Assembly (NCBI GenBank): GCA_964016885.1
Contig: OZ024741.1
Coordinates: 203,732,001 to 203,796,000 of the forward strand
DNA from: Eledone cirrhosa
Taxonomy: Eukaryota
Direction: 5' to 3'
Length of the DNA stretch: 64,000 nt
The position numbers and the translations under genes were made by a program. Shown piece after piece: positions 12,517 through 27,998 of this stretch. The notes under the pieces are model-generated. The model had not been told where the DNA came from. It worked only from the letters and a program-made list of their open reading frames with translations, and did no database searches. The first letter of the stretch is position 1; every line of letters starts with the position of its first letter.

Positions 12517-15500
12517 CGGCGATGAATTAGTTTTGCGAGGTTTTTTATATGAAATCGTGTGTCGAAACAGATATTGTTATATTTGGGGAGGGTCATATTT
12601 GCGTAATATTGCCAGAATTAATAACAGAACACACTCACTGTTTGGTTGGTTTTCGCTTCTCGCTGTCTTTTATATATATATATCTGCGATCTAACTTACT
12701 CGGTCCTCAATGTTGCCATTGACTGACCGGCGGTCAAAAATAATACAGATACAATAATACAGATACAAAACATATAAGATGGGTAATATCTATCCTACGA
12801 GGTTACCCTTTAATAAAAGAGTTTGCATACCACAGCAAATAGATGACGAGACGGAGGCACAGTTCACCATAGCTAGAAACAAGATTAGACAAGTAGTAGA
12901 CAGGTACACTATGAGACAGAGCAGACCAGAGGCCCAACAACTTGGGATAAAACCTGTAGAAGGCTTGGTTAGCCTCAAGCAGCGCACAAGGGATGGTGAG
13001 GTAGTGTGTCTACCCACAGATAAGTCTGGTAGGATGTCAATAGATAGCATGCCGAACTACATCGAGGCAATGCAACCCCACATCACCAACACGAGCGAAG
13101 TTGCACAACTAACACACGATGGGAGAGAAAAAATCCTCAACGCTCACATGATGATGTGGACTGACATCCTAAAGCCAAGCAGACGCACTGCCAACAACTT
13201 CCAGGCGTCTAACAATGGCATACCACCCTTGTATGGGCTCCGAAGGACCACAAGACAGTCGACGACCCGACAACAGGACCACCAACAAGACCCGTATGCG
13301 GAGCTAATATAGCTAGCAACTACAGGATCTCCTACTTCCTCTCAATGGTTATACGCCCCATAATCAAGATGTCCCCAGATGTATGTGAAAGTACAGAGGA
13401 CCTCCTCAGCAGAATCAGTGAGTGCAACAAAAACAGGAGCCTATCCAACTGCATAATAGGCAGCATGGATGTGGTGTCACTGTACCCATCCATTAACATT
13501 GATTTTGCTGTGAAAAGATGTGTGGAGATGATCATTGAGAGTGAGTTGGAGTTCTGCGACGTCGACACAGACGAACTGGGCCTCCTACTTAGACTTACCT
13601 ACGACACTGACTACCTAGACAGCCATGACCTTAGATGTTTCTGCCCTAGTAGACCTATAAGAGGTAGACCCCCCACCATAACCTCAATGGCTAAAAAGAC
13701 TCCCATAGGAAGGTGGATTGGGTGGACCAAAGCTATACGGACCCCCCAAAACACTGATCAGGTAAGAAAAATGGTCGCACATGCAGTAGGGGCTAGTATC
13801 AAAACTACCCTAAAGGGCCACATATTTAAGTTCAATGAGAAAATCTACACCCAAAATGAGGGAGCAGCCATCGGCGTCAGCATAGCTGGTGATGTTGCCA
13901 ACCTTTTCATGGTATGGTGGGAAAGGAGACTTAAAGATCTCCTTAATGAAAGCTCCATAGACCTCATCATGTACTCTCGTTATGTAGACGATATCAATAT
14001 AGTTATAAGAACACCCCCACTAGAGAGCACTAACAAGTTTGATTTAGAACGTAGCACGATGGAAAGCATCCAGCAGATAGCTAATTCCATACACCAGAGT
14101 ATAACTGTAACTATAGACTTCCCTTTCAAACACCCTAACAATAGACTACCTGTATTAGACACAGAACTCTGGATTAACACTATAGACGAGAGAGCCCAAA
14201 TTCTCCACTCACACTATGCTAAACCCATGGCCTCCAAATACCTGATACTCAAAAACTCAGCAATGTCCAGTAGTGCTAAGTTTAATATTCTGATCGCAGA
14301 TTTGGTACGAGTGATGAAGAATGTGTCCAGCATGTGCGACCCAACAGAAATGGAAGGACACATCCAACACTTCATCAACCGCATGCAGTTCTCTGGCTAC
14401 AACCAAAGAGACAGAGTCAGAGTATACGAAGGAGCCATGGAAAAGTATAAGACCCTCATAGAACTGGACATGAAAGGAATTTGCCCACTATACAGGAGCA
14501 AATCATGGAATAGCTTAGATAGGGCTAGACATAAGATAGGGAAGGCCACATCATGGTACGACAACCAGAGATATCAGAGTGTCATGTTTGTGGACGCCAC
14601 CCCTGGAGGGAAATTAGCTAACCAGTGTAGAAAGGCCCTGAGAAAGACCCACTTAAAAATAAAGGTGGTAGAAAAGCCAGGAACCACCATAAAATCCCTG
14701 ATCAGCAAAACCTACCCTTTTAAGAAAACCCACTGTACCAATAGGAAATGTATCATTTGTAAGGTGAACCCCCGGATAAACTGTAAAACTAGAAACGTAG
14801 TCTATAGCATAAGATGTACAGAGGGTACTTGCAGAAACATGACAACAACATACATAGGTGAGACAGCTCGTAGCATAGGTGAAAGGATAGACCAACACTG
14901 GGGGGAACTAAAAGGACGAAAAAACGGGTCAGTACTATACGAACATGCTAGACAACAACATGACGGTAACATAGACAACATAGAAATTAGAATAATATCT
15001 AAACATAGGAATGACCCAGCAGATAGGCAAATCAGAGAGGCCAGTGAAATAGAAATTAGAAGACCAAAGCTAAACAGAAAGAATGAGTGGAACAACAACA
15101 ACACCCAAACAAACAACACTGACCTAAGAGAAGTATAAATAAGTAAATAAAATTAAATAAAATAAGATAAATAAATACATACACAAGCACATAAACACAC
15201 ACTAGTCACCCAGCAGACACAACACTATACACACTAGTCACACATCACACTATACACACACGCAAACGCATGCGCAAAGAAGACAAAATAAAATAAGATA
15301 AACAAACAAGCAAATAAATAAATAAATATATAGACAGACTGAACAAAAAAAAAATGGCGTAGACATACAACACAACAGGAGGAACAATGAATATAACACC
15401 ACTGACGATGTTGCAGATGTGCAACGAAAGATTTATGTAAATTATGTAAACTATATATATGTGTTTGTGTCTATATTGTATCTGTATTATTTTTGACCGC

Positions 15501-15651
15501 CGGTCAGTCAATGGCAACATTGAGGACCGAGTAAGTTAGATCGCAGATATATATATATAAAAGACAGCGAGAAGCGAAAACCAACCAAACAGTGAGTGTG
15601 TTCTGTTATTAATTCTGGCAATATTACGCAAATATGACCCTCCCCAAATAT

Positions 15652-15657
<6 letters not shown>
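12515..15657 (+). mobile_element. Penelope-like retroelement (Naiad/Neptune-type), 5'-truncated, with inverted 5' copy of its 3' end, inserted in (TA)n
   Basis: RT motifs SMDVVSLYPSI, GAAIG...AN, RYVDD and a C-terminal GIY-YIG (VVYSIRC...YIGETAR). 12571-12775 is the reverse complement of about 15460-15657. (TA)n lies on both sides. Confidence 0.92.
12779..15138 (+). pseudogene. PLE reverse transcriptase + GIY-YIG endonuclease ORF, single frameshift at about 13243
   Basis: ORFs 12779-13312 and 13345-15138 join as PPLYGLRKDHK...RPVCGA if one A is added at CGAAGG. Confidence 0.85.
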
Positions 15658-15694
<37 letters not shown>

Positions 15695-15700
15695 TATATA

Positions 15701-15807
<107 letters not shown>

Positions 15808-16030
15808 AATTGTGAGTGTGTATGTTTATGTGTGAATGTGAGTTTATGTCCCGTAACATATTGGCTGGACAAAACGAAATCGATGAAATATGTGGAAGAC
15901 TTAAACAAATAAGTACTAGGTTCAATACGAACCACCAAGCAAGTCAATGCCCCAACATGACCGTAGTCTAGTGACTGAAACCAGTAAAAGAATAGAAGAA
16001 AGTAAAACGAATATATTCAAACCTACTTAC

Positions 16031-16496
16031 CTGGGTAATCTATTTCTATAACATCCTCCAATAACTTCATATTATACTTTCGTATATTACCTTTGTTTAT
16101 CAAGTCTTCCTTTGCTTTACTGAAATTATTCATATGCACAGATTTCGGAACAAGTTTCTCGTTATCCATTTTCCTGTTTTTTAATCTCGGGATTTCATTT
16201 TTCTGTTTTATGTCATTTCGAGTGAAAGCTGCCTTGTGATATTCTCTCGATTGTTTATATCCCTTTTTAAATAAATGCATCTTCTCCAATCTTTTTAATT
16301 TTTTACTCAGATTTTCTAGAAGCTCACTCTCATTTCTGTTTAAACCCGCGAGTCCTTCCTCATATGAACTATTAGTATTTGAAAATTTTAATTTGTATAG
16401 GAAAACAATATTTGTAACTAACCAAAATGTACAAACGATGAAAACGAAGCGATAAGTAAAAAAAATTCGAAAAAGAGTTCGATATTTTAAATTCAT
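16031..16496 (-). CDS. GALNT: Polypeptide N-acetylgalactosaminyltransferase, coding exon 1 (type II signal-anchor + stem)
   Basis: ATG at 16496. Basic N-terminus then hydrophobic FVFIVCTFWLVTNIVFLY. Ends ...DYP G|gtaagt (466 nt, phase 1) and joins the next exon in frame. Confidence 0.85.
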
Positions 16497-17034
16497 ATTG
16501 AATTATTAAATGTTATTTACAATGAGGACACGATTGATCGTATTTCACCTAAAAATCCCTTAAAACGCTGTTTGTTGAATAAGACAAAGTGAAGACCTTG
16601 GAAATATATATGTACAAAAATAGCATGATCTGGAAATAAAAAATAGAATAGATTTTTTTTTTAGCGTGTTTTATCATTTTTCTGAACAGTAGATGATTTT
16701 CTATCGAAAATATATATTTTGTAGGAGCTTAGTGAAAATAAGATGATTAACATCAATAAAAAAAATTACCTAAAAGATATTACCATAAACTAAAAACAAA
16801 CTTTTCTACGATTAAAATCATATATATAACAAATTATATATATAACAAAGAAGTAACATTCGAGAAAAACCACAAACCTTCCATCTCAATTCTAATTTTG
16901 AAAAGCATAAGAAATGTGAAACCAGTAAAGGAAACAAATAAATATTCTTAAAAAGACTCCAGTTGCATTTTCGATTTCTTTTCCTTATACTTTCACTCAT
17001 GTTGGAATCTTGTTATTTTTTTTATTTTTCTTAT

Positions 17035-19005
17035 TTTGTTGCTCTTAGGGTTGTTGGTGATGTGGGCCGTCATGTTCTTAGCGCAGGAGTATCCTAGTGT
17101 TACTTTGTGTCGGTTAAAGATGGAGCGGTATTTATGACCTATGGGAAAGTGTCTATCTAAGTGGGCTAGAAAATGTTTGCCTACCTTGGTTTTAACGTTG
17201 AAAGATCACAAGGTAGACTTTACTTCTAACCCCACATGTAGACTACTAAACCTGGCACTCACATATATGGGACTAGTCAGCAAGGCCATACTTAGGAACA
17301 TAGTTAAGACCATTAGGACCAAGTCCAACCCTGCCCCAGTGGGAAAACAGTGACTCCGTAATTAAGTGGTTTAACTCCTTCAAATACGAAAAAAGCGAAG
17401 TTCATACAGTTTGACATTGTAGATTTTTACTCGTCGATCTCAGAGAACCTGTTAAACAAAGCTTTGGACTTACGCTACCGTCCATGTTTTAGTCAGGTAA
17501 ATCATCGCTCACTGCCGGAAAACCCTCCTCTTCAACAACCGAGTAGCCTGGGCAAAGAAGTCAACAACTTCAGACCTGTTTGACGTCTCCATGGGATCGT
17601 TTGACAGTGCTGACGTATGCGACTTGGTTGGCCTATTTATTTTAGACATATTACGTGTTAGATTCTTGGACTTCCACACGGCAATATACCGCGACGATGG
17701 ACTGACCTTATCGAGCCATAAAAGCGGTCACGACTACGACCGGTTTAAAAAAGACTTAGCTTCTACGTTCAATGAGTTAGGACTTAGGATAACAGTAGCC
17801 ACCAACCTCTCTAGCGTAGATTTCTTAGACATCAATTTAGACCTTCGCACACACACCTACAGACCCTTCCATAAGCTTAACGAAAAACTCAATTACATTC
17901 ACAAGGAATCATGCCACCCTCCCACTGTTTTTAGAAACTTCGTAAATAATATCAGTACTGGAATCGCCAGCCTCTCCTCTAATAAGGCTATCTTTGACAG
18001 AGCGGCACCCTACTTATAACACGGCGTTAGCTAACAGCGGCTTCTCGTAACCTATCACTTACTCTCCCTCTAATAACAACAGCAATGAGAAAAGAAAGCG
18101 TAACAATAGACAAACTATCTGGTTCTCTCCTCCCTTCTCACTCAACATTAAAACCAATGTAGGTAAACAATTTCTATCCCTCTTAGATAGACACTTTCCC
18201 ATAGGTCATAAATACCGCTCCATCTTTAACCGACACAAAGTAAAACTAGGATACTCCTGCGCTACGAATATGAAGGCCCACATCACCAACAGCCCTAAGA
18301 GCAACACCCACCAGGGTGCTCTTGCCGAAAGCCCGAAGCTTGTCCCCTTCAACAGCAATGCAACACACCCGCTGTAGTTTATGAAGCTGTGGTCACTTCC
18401 AACGGACCAAATCAACCACAGGAGGCCAAATCCTATGTGGGTATGGCGGAGGGCCGATTTAAGGAACGCTTCTTCAACCACCAGTCGACCTGTAGGTACC
18501 CCGGACAAACGTTCATCTACGAAACTCGCGAGCCACGTATGGTCCCTCAAGTACTCAAATATAGACTACTCCATTCAATGGAAAGCCATCACTTAGTCCA
18601 AGCCATACGCAAGGGAATATCCGTCGTGTGGACTATGTATAGATGAACGAATAAATATTCTAAAGAGATTACGCAATAACGATTGCCTAAACTCAAGAAA
18701 GGAATTCTTCACGCGTTGTCCACACGTCTGGAAACAACTCTTACATAACTACAAAGCTCAGGATTGAATTACAACAACATCCTAATTTTCTTATCAACTA
18801 GAAACTTTCAGACTTTCGCAGTTATCTCCCTTACACCTCTCGCACGTAACTTAGTATTGCCTGGGTAAAGTGACCGTTTCTGCGCATGCGCGTTCGTACG
18901 GTTGTCCTTCCCGTTCCGTATAACCATGTCCATTACGAGGTGAGGATCCGCTAAGGTGAAACAATTGTTCTCGGTATGGTGAACTAACTGTCGTGTAACC
19001 ACTTC
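17035..19005 (+). mobile_element. Decayed Penelope-like element (RT + GIY-YIG) with short 5' inversion
   Basis: FDIVDFYSSI, MGSFDSADVCDLVG, YRDDGL, YVGMAEGRFKERF, with multiple stops. 17035-17161 is the reverse complement of about 18182-18305. Degenerate hammerhead at about 18935-18975. Confidence 0.88.
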
Positions 19006-19596
19006 TATATATATATAAGGAAAAGAAATATATATATATATAAGGAAAAGAAATATATATATATATATATAAATGAAAGTTAGAGTTAATAACTCATACT
19101 GAAACCCTGTAATTAACAAGCTAAAAAGTATAAATACTGAGCATTATAATAATATATGTAGTAAGAAACACAGTAAGTCGTGTGTCTAATATTACGATGG
19201 TTGAAGAACCACATTTGTTTGAAATATTTAACCATGAAGCAGACAGAATGATAAAATAAAATAAAATTATATTATACAAACTGCCTCAATAACTATTATA
19301 TCTCTCGGACAGATTAGGGATTAATCTATTTCGCCCTGAGTGTGTTTGTAACAGATAATCCACGCTCAGTATTTTTACTTTGAGCTTGTTAATTACAGGG
19401 TTTCAGTATGAGTTATTAACTCTAACTTTCATTTATATTTCGGCTCCCTCAAGAGGTGAGCTTATTAAGTCGCGTGTGTTAGACTGTAATTTCTAACCAA
19501 TACACTCACACTACTTTTGACTTACGGCACACGAGGTGATGAATTCATTTTTCTGTGTGAACGTTAGCACTAGGTGTTTGTCGCATTTAAACAGAT

Positions 19597-19678
19597 TCTC
19601 TCGCTGATGATGCCCGTGGATTATCTGTTACAAACACACTCAGGGCGAAACAGATTAATCCCTAATCTGTCCGAGAGA
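19597..19678 (+). ncRNA. Type I hammerhead ribozyme (complete core)
   Basis: Helix I UCUCUCG/CGAGAGA; CUGAUGA; helix II GCCC/GGGC; GAAA; helix III CAGAUUA/UAAUCUG; predicted cleavage after GUC at 19671. Confidence 0.85.
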
Positions 19679-20569
19679 TATAATAGTTATTGAGGCGGTT
19701 TGTATAATATAATTTTATTTTATTTTATCATTCTGTCTGCTTCATGGTTAAATATTTCAAACAAATGTGGTTCTTCAACCCTCGTAATATTAGTCACACA
19801 ATTTACTGTGTTTCTTACTACATATATTATTATATATATATAGTTTAGAAATGTAACTTCCTATTACTGTAGGTTCACCAAAGTGAGCACTCGATGCGTA
19901 GTTTCCAGTAGGTATTTTGGTGTTGTACTATACAATAATTGTGTATACTTTTGGCACAAGGTCAGCAATTATCCCAGTGCATTACAAGTGCTTTATTTTA
20001 TCGGCCTCGCAAGGATGAAAGGCAAAGCTAAACTTGGCGGGAAAGACAAAGCATGGTGTCTGGCGCTCTACCGATACTGCCAATCCACCACCTTCAGAGT
20101 GTAATAGTAATAATAATACGGACGAGGTGTTAGATCTTTGTTACATTTATGTTGTGACGCGCGTTTCGTGATTGATCAGTTCAAAGTTCGATCACTATCG
20201 ATCGGCCCCGACTCTGGAATGAAAAACTCGTCGGACTTCTGTTATGGTAATGACAGAACGTTTCCCTTCATCTTTGAGAAAATACATATCAGTTTTCATT
20301 CATTTATGGTGGACAGTTATATTTCACTTTGATTGGTGGTTTTGGGAGAAGAAATATTTGGGTATATGGGATAGGTGACGGTAAGAATTGGAATTAAGAA
20401 AGGGGTTGAGGAAATGAAAGAATGATGGTGGTGTACATCACAAGTCTGACGAGTTTTTGATTCCAGAGTTGGGCCCGATTGATACAGATCGAACCTTGAG
20501 CTGATCAATCGCGAAACGTGCGTCACACCTCAATAAATATAATGGATATCTAACACCTCGTATTTTTCT

Positions 20570-20601
<32 letters not shown>

Positions 20602-20819
20602 AACGTGGTGATGGTGATTATGAATACGAATAAATATTGTATTATGTATATGTGACACTACTCTATGCGTATTCAGTATGCAGGAGGTATTTACAAAAAT
20701 ATTGTTTGGCTGAATTTATAGGAATTTCTGCTTTTAGATTTTTAACATATCTAGTGGCAGGTTTTTGTTTGCTAATTTCATGGACAATCTCAGTTAACTG
20801 AAGTTTTTTCTACATACTA

Positions 20820-20897
<78 letters not shown>

Positions 20898-23616
20898 ATC
20901 CGTTCCCGTGAGAAATGTTTCAGTTGTATGATAAACAGTGATAAACAGCACAGCCTGTTCGTGAAATTAACAGGAAAGTGGCTGAGCATTCCACAGCTTA
21001 ACGATTATGAACTAAACACCTTAACTATTAAGCCACGCGCATTCACCCTAACTATGTGAGGTAAGTGAGACATTACTATCTTACTATATGGGCAAAAATA
21101 TTTTACAATAATGTCGGATTGGCAATCGACCAATATCTTAAAAGTGGATAGGTGATATCTTAAAAGCGTTCAATAAATATAATTACCTCTTATTTCTCCT
21201 ATACAGGTAAATGGGAGTCTTATTTTTCATTCTTTTCTGTGTTATAAATGGAAAATACAATTATAGGAAAAGGAAAGAGGCCCTTACGTCAATTATTGGC
21301 CATAAATTGTGCATACATAACTGACTGACCATAGGTTCGCCTCTTCTAAGCACGAGCTCGGGCAAGGTGTTTTGTGGAAGACCAGTTGTCGTTCATGCGT
21401 GCACGTCTCGTTGCAACTTATAAATACACTATATATACGATATATATACTAAACATACATTGTCCAAGAGAGAGGCAAATATTGATACAACTCTCTCCAG
21501 TGTCGTCGCAACTCATTTTCTTCATCCGAGTTGACTGGACTCACATGAAAATAAAGTGTCTTACTTAAAGACACAACACGCCAGCCGTCCGAGAATTGAA
21601 CTCATGCCTTTATGAGCCTCATGCCTTCAATTGTTTTTGCTATAAAGTGAGCCTTCCAAAATATTTTTAATCGTAATTCCCTCCTTCCTTTGGTAAAGGC
21701 ATGTCATTGTTTCATTATTTTAATCCCGCCGAGGTTAACTTTGCCTTTCATCCTTACGGGGTCGATAAAATAAAGTACCAGTAATACACTAGGATAATTG
21801 GTGGCCTTGAATCAAAAATTAGAAACAATTATTTTAGGACGGGGTAATTGGCAGTGTTCCGGTAGAGCGTCGGACAACATGCTTTGCAGCATAGAGTTAC
21901 GGTCCTTTACGGTCAGAGCTCAAATCCCACCGAGGTTAACTTTGCCTTTCATCCTCACGGGCTCGATAAAATAAAGTACCAGTAACGTACTGAGGTCGAT
22001 TTAATCGACTTTCCCCTCCCATGTGCCTAAATCAGAAACCATTACTTTAAGACAGAATTTTTCGGCACGTCTATCATTATATTTCGAATTTGCTTTTAAA
22101 ACAAAATCACAGGGGCATCTTTTTTTGGTGCGGGGGGGGGGGGGGGGGGGGGGGTGTAAAATATACAATAATACCAAATAATAATTTAATGCTAGAATAC
22201 AAAATAAGAAAAACAATCTCTTAATTATTTCACTGTTAATTCCCACTCTGAGAAGGCTTGTTATAAATAGGAAAAATGTCATAGTAGTTTCACCTACCTA
22301 TTACGTTTCCGTAGCAGTGTGCGTAATTATAGCTTGCTTCACCATCTCAACCATACTAAATTCAAAGTAGGACTTCCACAACAGTTGATATACAAATATT
22401 TCCTACAACGTTTCAATAAAACATACAATTAATATTGATTTGCCACGTCTTGACGTTAAAAGATATCTGTTCTCAGAGACATTAAACATGTGTTACATAT
22501 CAATGTGTATGTGTGTGTATGTGTGTGTTATAAATCAAAGTGTGTATGAGTGTCTTTGTTTACTCAAGGAAGAGAGTTTCACAAACGACACTGCTTTGTG
22601 AGTTTTGTATATTGTTTTTTATTGGTTATAGTAAGTATCTTGTACATTTCGTGAAAATCATTTCTCTTTCTCTTTTATTGTTTGCGCGTGTGTGTGTGTG
22701 TGTGTGTGCGGGTGGCTGTATGTGTATGTGTATCTGTGTATGTATGTGTGTATGTATGTATATGTCAGGTCACCAGTTGGTATCAGTTATGTATGTATCT
22801 GTCAGGTCACCAGTTGGTGCTACTGGTAACATGTATCCCAGTACAACCTGTCTCATGGTCGTTGGCGACTAAACTGGCAACCCCACCAAGGTTTCTTGGT
22901 GAGGAGGGTGACTTTGGACATCCTGCAGGACTAAAAACAAAACCTGTCAAAGGGCAAAGGAGCTCTTAAGAGTCAATGGCCATCCAAAATCACCGGGAGA
23001 GATGACCCCTTAGCCTTTATCAAGGCAGAATTCTAGGAGAAGGAAAACTCTGATATAACACCGGCAACCCTGATGGTATCCAATGATGTTGACTTGTTCT
23101 TCTTTTTGGTAAATATCATCTTGGTGAAGAAAGTGGGACTGGCTTTGTGCAGTGCCTTTGCTCACTATAAAAGCTTCACGGCACAGGCATTGATTTATAT
23201 CTGGAGATCTCTCTGCACTTGTCGTCACATGGTACCATGGGCCCAGACCTATGTGTCAATAATTGTCACAAGTGTAGTGTTTGTACCAGAGTTTTCAAGT
23301 CGCTGGCTAGACTAAAAAGTCACACTCGTTCAGCGCATCGGTAGGGGTTCTCCTACATGGATATAAAGTAGTAGCCGTACTCGAAAACTAGTTGGCAGCC
23401 ACTATGTATGTATATAGGGGGATTTTTGGACACCCTGCAGGACAAAAAACAAAACCTGACAAAGGGCGGAAGAACTCATAAGAGTCAATGGCCATCCAAA
23501 AATGTGTAAATATGTATATGCATGTATGCCTCTGTCTGTCTGTATATATATATATATACAATGATATTAAATAAATGGAAACTATATTTATAAAACCATA
23601 TTTATTTTATTATATA

Positions 23617-23900
23617 CTAGCAATGGTACCCGGCGTTGCACGGGATAAGGTATTGTGAAATATATAACCGCCTTAGTTAAGCTTAGTATTGCCACAACCA
23701 CGGGTGGCAAAGAAGTAAGGGTCTGGTGGTATGTACGTAAGCAACACTGTGGCTTAAAACGCGAGGAAGAAGTTGTGTGCACTTACCAACTGTTTGGGGA
23801 ATGAGTGTGAGATTTATCTTGAGCAAGGGTGGCGGAATAACCGGAGGCAGCAGACAGCCAGACATACAGACAGATATTATAAGGGTGCGACGTTATATGT
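23617..23900 (-). mobile_element. Short Helitron-like element
   Basis: CTAG at 23617-23620 plus hairpin CCCGGCGTTGCACGGG at 23629-23644. Confidence 0.5.
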
Positions 23901-24838
23901 ATGTATCTATCTAAAAAGAGTCGAAACGGCTTGAGTTCAGCCGTCGGGATCCTACTCGTTCATATATATATATATATATATAAGTGTGTGTGTGTGTGTG
24001 TGTATAGGTATATACATGTATGCATGTGTATGTATATGCGCGGGGACATAGAAATCATCGGGCTGGATACCCGATCGCGCAGTTAAACCGCTGGGAGTGA
24101 AGGACTCCTGGCCTTTTTCAGGGCATTCTTCTAGGAGAAGGCAACTCGGGAAACTGGGATAATTCCGACATAAAACCTGCGGCTCAGTAGTTACCAATGA
24201 TGTTGATCTTTCCTTCTGTTCGCGTTGTAGCTATTGTCGATCAGAGACTGGGATTGGCTCAGTGCAGTCTTTCCTCACTTTAAAAAAAATCTTCACACAC
24301 AGGCATTGCACGATAGCATTAATTAATAATGTTATATCGTGCAATGGCCATACTCGATAACGAGGGAGCAGCCATTATGTACGTATGTATGTGTGTGCAT
24401 GTTTCATCTCACGCTTATCGAAGAATGTTAAGGCGTATGGTTCAGTGGTCAGAGTGTTCGGCTTATAATCATAAGTTCTTGAGTTCGACTCCATGCCGCG
24501 TGTTGTATCCTTGAGTGACATAGTTTATTTTACCTTGCTCCATGCAGCACAGCTGAAAAAAAATATGTTGAACTTGTAATTCAAAGGCCAGCCTTCTCAC
24601 AGGGTGCCCCGCTGAATCACCCCCGAAAATTGCATGTGTGTATGTTCTTCAGGCTTCTAAAGAGTTTCCGTTTCTATCATATGTTATTAGTCAACGGAAT
24701 ACTATAGTAACGATTTACAAAAGTATGAAGCAGCGGGCTCAAAAACGGAACCTCATAACCATGCCATTCTCTCTCTCTCTCTCTCTCTACGCATCCAGTG
24801 GTCACTCGGGTGAACCTACAATAACTGCACGTTACATT

Positions 24839-24875
<37 letters not shown>

Positions 24876-26300
24876 GGTTTCTTATATAGGCACAAGGCCA
24901 GCAATTTTGGGGGAGGAGAAAGTCGATTAAATCGACGCCAGTGCGTGTCTGGTACTTTATTTTATCGACCCCGTAAGGATGAAAAGCAAAGTTAACCTCG
25001 GTGGGATTTGAACTCAAATCATAAAGGGCCGTAACTCTATACGTCAAAGCATAGCGTCCGACCCTCTACAGATACTGCCAATCCTCCGCCAATAATGAGG
25101 GGTTGTAATAAGCGGGGAGGTTTGGAAATCGGTAATCGCATAGTGTATGTATAGGATTGCTTGTAGTTTTCTCCTCTTTTTTTGTCATATACATTGGGTT
25201 TTTTAATGTAAAATAAAATTATTATTAGATTCTCCAGCGAGGGGATCTGAAAAATTGACAAGCGCAGTGGGGGACGACTATTGACAAATATAACAAACAA
25301 GAAATTGTCAATTTAGGAAATTAATTATATATAATATATAATATATATAATAATTTTGATCTGTTTTTCGTTTTAAGTAAACATTGCGCACTACCTGTTA
25401 GATTTCCATAGTGGTGCAGTTAATTATTAGAAATGTGTAACTTGCTTAACCATCTAAACCAGCGATCGCCAACTAGCGGTCAGTGAATCTCTGGTGGTCC
25501 GAGATAAAATTTTGGTGGTCCGCAGAAAAATTGACAATCGACCATCAAATGCTTCCTACATGTTTCAATAAAATATACAATTAATATTGATTTCCTACGT
25601 CTCTGCTTTTAAAGACGTTAGTTGGTCATACTTACAGTAAAACATGTGTTACATATCAACGCCTATGTGTATGTATATGTATGTGGGCGCGCGTGTGTAT
25701 ATGTGCGTGTGCGCGCGCGTGTGTGTATGTACATGTGCGCGCGCGTGTGCATTTGTGCGTATGCGTGCGTTTGTGTGTATATTTGATTAACAGAAAAGCT
25801 TGCTCGTGAAATTGAAAGGCAAATGGTTGAGCATTCCAGACACGTGTACCGTTAACATAGTTCTCAGGAAGATGCAGCGGTTGTGTGACAAGGCTGGCTT
25901 TTTTCATTACAACTCATGTTTGCTAGCTGACTGGACAGTAGCAGTGTCAAATAAAGTGTACATCCGGGAATCAAACTCACGATCCTACGATCGTCAGCCG
26001 AACGCACTAAGCACAAAGCCACGCGCCTTCACACATGTTACCTCCGAACGTGAGGAGGAATCCTTTGTTCGCCAGCTTGAAGCATGAATCTAGTTGTATC
26101 TGTATTTGCTATTTTCTTTCACCATTCTTAATATTATGTATTTGATCTCCCTTAATTCCTTTATATACAGTATCTATTTTTTCATTTTTGAGCATAAAGG
26201 GGAATAATATTGTAAGGATTTTCATAAACATATTTAACTCAAACGCTATTTCGTGTCTTCAATATGATGTATAAACATAGATACATACCGACATACATCA

Positions 26301-26364
<64 letters not shown>

Positions 26365-26588
26365 GGTGTACCCAGCCAGCTTACAATCATCAATGCCAGC
26401 AACAATGTTAGAACTACTACAAGAGAAATCTAGACATATGAGTACAGGTCAGCGAGGCTAATAACACGTCGAACTAATAGCATATCAATGGAAAATTACT
26501 TCTTGAAGATTTAAGTTACCTTACATCTTCGAAATACGTATAACGAATGAAATAAAGATATACGAAAAAAACCGTCTCTCTTACTTAT

Positions 26589-26712
<124 letters not shown>

Positions 26713-26824
26713 ACTTGCTTCTGCTGATCACCGCCAGACGGCGTTAGTCGCTGGTGTTCTGGCATAGCAACGGCTCTCTAAATGTTTATTTTAAACATAC
26801 CGTATTTCTTCTGAAATACGGAAT

Positions 26825-26872
<48 letters not shown>

Positions 26873-27007
26873 ATATTTGGGGAGGGTCATATTTGCGTAA
26901 TATTGCCAGAATCAATATTACGCAAATATGACCCTCCCCAAATATAACAATATCTGTTTCGACACACGATTTCATATAAAAAACCTCGCAAAACTAATTC
27001 ATCGCCG

Positions 27008-27102
<95 letters not shown>

Positions 27103-27211
27103 CAGACAGAGAGAGAGAGAGAACACTGGAAGGTAATATACGTAGTGGTAGAGCACTCAGTCCATGGGACGAGTTAGGTAGAAGTGGTAACACAACAGTT
27201 AGTTCACCATA

Positions 27212-27251
27212 CCGAGAACAATTGTTTCACGTTAGCGGATCTTCAGCTCGG
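27212..27251 (-). ncRNA. Minimal hammerhead with palindromic helix III; inverted copy at 27287-27326 (+)
   Basis: CCGAG-CUGAAGA-...-GAAA-CAAUUGUU^CUCGG. Helix II is weak. Same family as the 3' end of PLE 17035-19005. Confidence 0.7.
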
Positions 27252-27815
27252 ACTGGTCACGGCTGTTCCGTTTAACCATGACCAGTCCGACCTGAAGATC
27301 CGCTAAGGTGAAACAATTGTTCTCGGTATGGTCAACTAACTGTTGTGTTACTACTTCTATACATATATATATATATGAAAATGGTTTTGCTTTATACAAA
27401 ATCTACCTCAACGCATATTAACTAAAATCTGATTGGATAAAAAATGGATAAAACCTCTTGAGACGGGAAAAAGTGAGAGATCTATAACACCATCAGAGTT
27501 TTAGAGTTACATAATAACGATATTACACAATGTTATCAAGACAACCGATAGCGGATGTAGTACATTATTTTATTGGAAATAATATACCGACATTTGCGTG
27601 GTAATCTCCAGGCATACTCGGTACAAATAACTGATCAATAAATTTACTGATCAGCCACATACATGACACCAGCTGGTTGTCATGTATAAGGATATGCAAT
27701 GTCATGTTTATATAACACACACGCACTCACACTCTCCCTCTTTCTTTTTGTCTCACTCTCTCGCTATATATATATATCTTTCTCTCACTCTTTCTTCCCC
27801 CCCCCTCTCTCTCTC

Positions 27816-27883
<68 letters not shown>

Positions 27884-27957
27884 CATATGTATATATATAC
27901 GTGCAACTGTACGACTCCTGCACTCGGGTTATAGTGTCAACCTGAGTACTGCAACTG

Positions 27958-27998
<41 letters not shown>

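Noticed and set aside
13345-15138. Possible selenocysteine read-through, as reported for some Naiad PLEs
   Set aside because: The ORF has no in-frame TGA. Its only break is a frameshift.
15399-15450. Functional hammerhead in the Naiad-type 3' UTR (also at 46575)
   Set aside because: CUGACGA, a 6-bp helix II and GAAA are present, but helices I and III cannot be closed convincingly. Kept only as a weak candidate.
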